From: Prorocentrum cordatum
Taxonomy: Eukaryota
Length of the DNA stretch: 64,000 bases
Direction of reading: 5' to 3'
Assembly (NCBI GenBank): GCA_963575745.1
Contig: CAUYUJ010000242.1
Coordinates: 1-64,000, forward strand
The notes below the pieces were generated by a model, which saw only the letters and a program-made list of their open reading frames with translations, had not been told where the DNA came from and did no database searches. Numbering within the stretch: the stretch's first letter is position 1; each line of letters starts with the position of its first letter. Position numbers and translations under genes: made by a program. This document shows, in pieces, positions 62,201-64,000 of the stretch.

Positions 62201-63911
62201 TCGTCGCCACCATCAGCAACATCAGCATCATCCTCGTCCGCATCAGCAGCAGTGTCATCATCATCACCAACAGCAGCAGCATCGTCATCAGCATCATCAT
62301 CAGCAGCATCATCTTAAGCAACATCACCAGTAGCGTCGACATCACCATCAGCATCAGCATCATCATTAGCATACCCAACAGCATCTGCATCATCATCATC
62401 ATCATCAGCATCATCATCATCATCAGCATCATCATCATCAATCGCAACATCATCATCCGCATGATCAACATAATCGGTCGAACCATCTTCATAGTCAGCA
62501 TCACCAACATCATCAGCATCACCATCATCAGTATCATCAGTATCATCAACATCGGCATCATCATCACCGTCACCAACAGCCTCATTACCAACAGCATCCG
62601 CGTCAGCAGCATCATCAGCATCAATAACATCATCGTAATCAGAATCGTCCTCGATGTCTCATCCGTCTCTTCCTCCTCCTCCTCCTCCTCCTCATCCTCC
62701 AATGGTCGCTGGCGACTCAGCCTCCCTCTTCTCTTGTTCCTGGTCCTCCTCCTGCTCCTCCTCCTCCTCCTCATCCTCCGCATCTCCTTCTCTTCCGCCG
62801 CCTCCTCCTCCTCCTCCTCCTCCTCCTCCTCCTCCTCCTCCAACCCCCCCTCCTCCACTTCAGCCCAGGTCCATGGAGTGGGCGCGGGCACGCGCGCGTG
62901 GGCCAAGCGCGGCCTGGACGCGCAGGCCCTGGAGGTGGCGCTACTCGAGCAGGCGGAGGAGCGCAGGGGGCAAGGTAAGGAGGAGGAAGTGGAGGATCAG
63001 GAGAGAGAATAGAAACGAGAGAGGGATGACCAGCAGCATGAAGGGGACTGGGACGTGTTCAACCTCTCCCTCCTCATCATGTTCCTCTCACCTCTCCCTC
63101 TCCCTCTCCCCCTCCCACTCCTCTTCCTCCTCCTCCTCCTCTTCTTCCTCCTCCTCCTCCTCCTCCTCCTCCTCCTCCTCCTCCCTTATCCTCCTCTTCG
63201 TCCTCCTTCTCCTCCTCATCATCGTTCGCCTCCTCCCCTCCCTTAGGAGGGAGAAGAACTGCCACCTCAACGCACCCAACCCCAAGAACTCCACGGGTCC
63301 CCCTCCCCCCCGTCTTTCCAAAAGCAGGACCGCAAGCGCCAGCGGGGCGAGAGCAGCGGCGCCGCCGCGGCCGCATCGGGCGGCGGCGCAGCTCCAGCAG
63401 CATCGAGCGGCGGCGCAGCTCCAGCTGCATCGAGAGGCGAGGCAGCTCCAGCGGCATCGAGCGGCGAGGCAGCTCCAGCGGCATCGTGCGGCGGCGCAGC
63501 TCCAGCGGCATCGAGCGAGGGCGCAGCTCCAGCGGCATCGATCGGCGAGGCAGCTGCGCCGAAGCGCAAGGGGAAGGCCAAGCGCAAGGTACGAGCCGCC
63601 AACCATGCGCCCACACAAAAGCTGGCCAGGTCAATCCTGATCCCAGGATCGGTCGATCCTGCGCTCAGGATTGGGCTGGCCAGGATCGGTGTAGGTGCAT
63701 GGCTGGCATCCTCGAACAGGCGGAGGGCCAGCGTCCTGATGATGGCAAGGAGGCCACCGAGGAGCAGAAGACGAAGAAGGAGGAGCTGGCGCGCATCAAG
63801 GCAGCCGAGACCAAGGCCAAGACGGTGCTGACGACCTACCAGACGGCGATGAACTGCGCCACTACGTTCCTGAGCGCGATGGACACCATGCCTGAGTGGA
63901 AGTGGCTGAAG
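59293..63911 (+). CDS. Multi-exon gene of unknown function running off the window. Approximate exons: 59293-59532, 59611-59736, 59822-60547, 60681-60978, 61097-61213, 61452-61499, 61824-62027, 62869-62958, 63328-63588, 63720-63911
   Basis: Phase-compatible AG|G acceptors and GT/GC/GA donors. UIM-like DEQVAEAMRLS; globular EEGGYDD..NYVESCIKMGGDWCRWDAMAKRMRYLY and AMDTMPEWKWL. One frameshift in the A7 run at 60831-60837. Confidence 0.55.
62110..62650. repeat. Intronic (CAT/CAG)n microsatellite
   Basis: Degenerate CATCAGCAT tract, followed by (CCT)n. Confidence 0.9.
63373..63561 (+). repeat. 7 x 27-bp coding tandem repeat (ASSGGAAPA)
   Basis: Contiguous GCATCGnGCGGCGnnGCAGCTCCAGCn units, in frame with the predicted exon. 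Confidence 0.9.
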
Positions 63912-64000
63912 GTGGGGGGGATGGCGGTGGGAAGGGACGACCATGGCGATGGCGATGGCGATGGCGACGGCGACGGCAACGGCGACGGCGACGGCGACAG

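Noticed and set aside
62059..63012. Poly-Ile and poly-Met ORFs on the two strands
   Set aside because: Translations of an intronic (CAT)n/(CCT)n microsatellite.
63373..63561. CRISPR-like array
   Set aside because: The 27-bp units are contiguous with no unique spacers, are in frame within an exon, and no cas genes are present.

Overview
This is GC-rich, repeat-saturated eukaryotic DNA. It is most likely dinoflagellate, an inference from GC/GA intron donors, relics of the dinoflagellate spliced leader (SL), and DNMT-carrying Copia elements. About 85% of the window is nested mobile DNA. (1) A young, full-length 10,032-bp Ty1/Copia LTR element (1535-11566) has 145-bp LTRs, a CGTAT target-site duplication and a tRNA-iMet-type primer site. 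Besides gag-PR-IN-RT-RH it carries three extra modules: an overprinted +1-frame ORF with two SAP/HeH-like helical motifs, a catalytically altered cytosine-methyltransferase-like domain, and a 3' CCHC zinc-knuckle ORF preceded by an SL-like relic. It sits in one arm of an ACGT-satellite foldback. (2) A 25-kb nested cluster (19376-44251): an RTE-like LINE with an extra 3' ORF, interrupted by a second LINE that starts with an SL relic, which is interrupted without target duplication by a 13.6-kb element with split direct repeats (A..B-A-B) and very long low-complexity ORFs. (3) A decayed second Copia with a DNMT domain. (4) A decayed pogo-like DNA transposon with an EEP-nuclease-like passenger and a strand-biased CCGCNRCTGCGG motif at high density. 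(5) Two co-oriented multi-exon genes of unknown function at the right end. No rRNA, tRNA or CRISPR array was found. All domain calls come from motifs recognised by eye; no database search was run.
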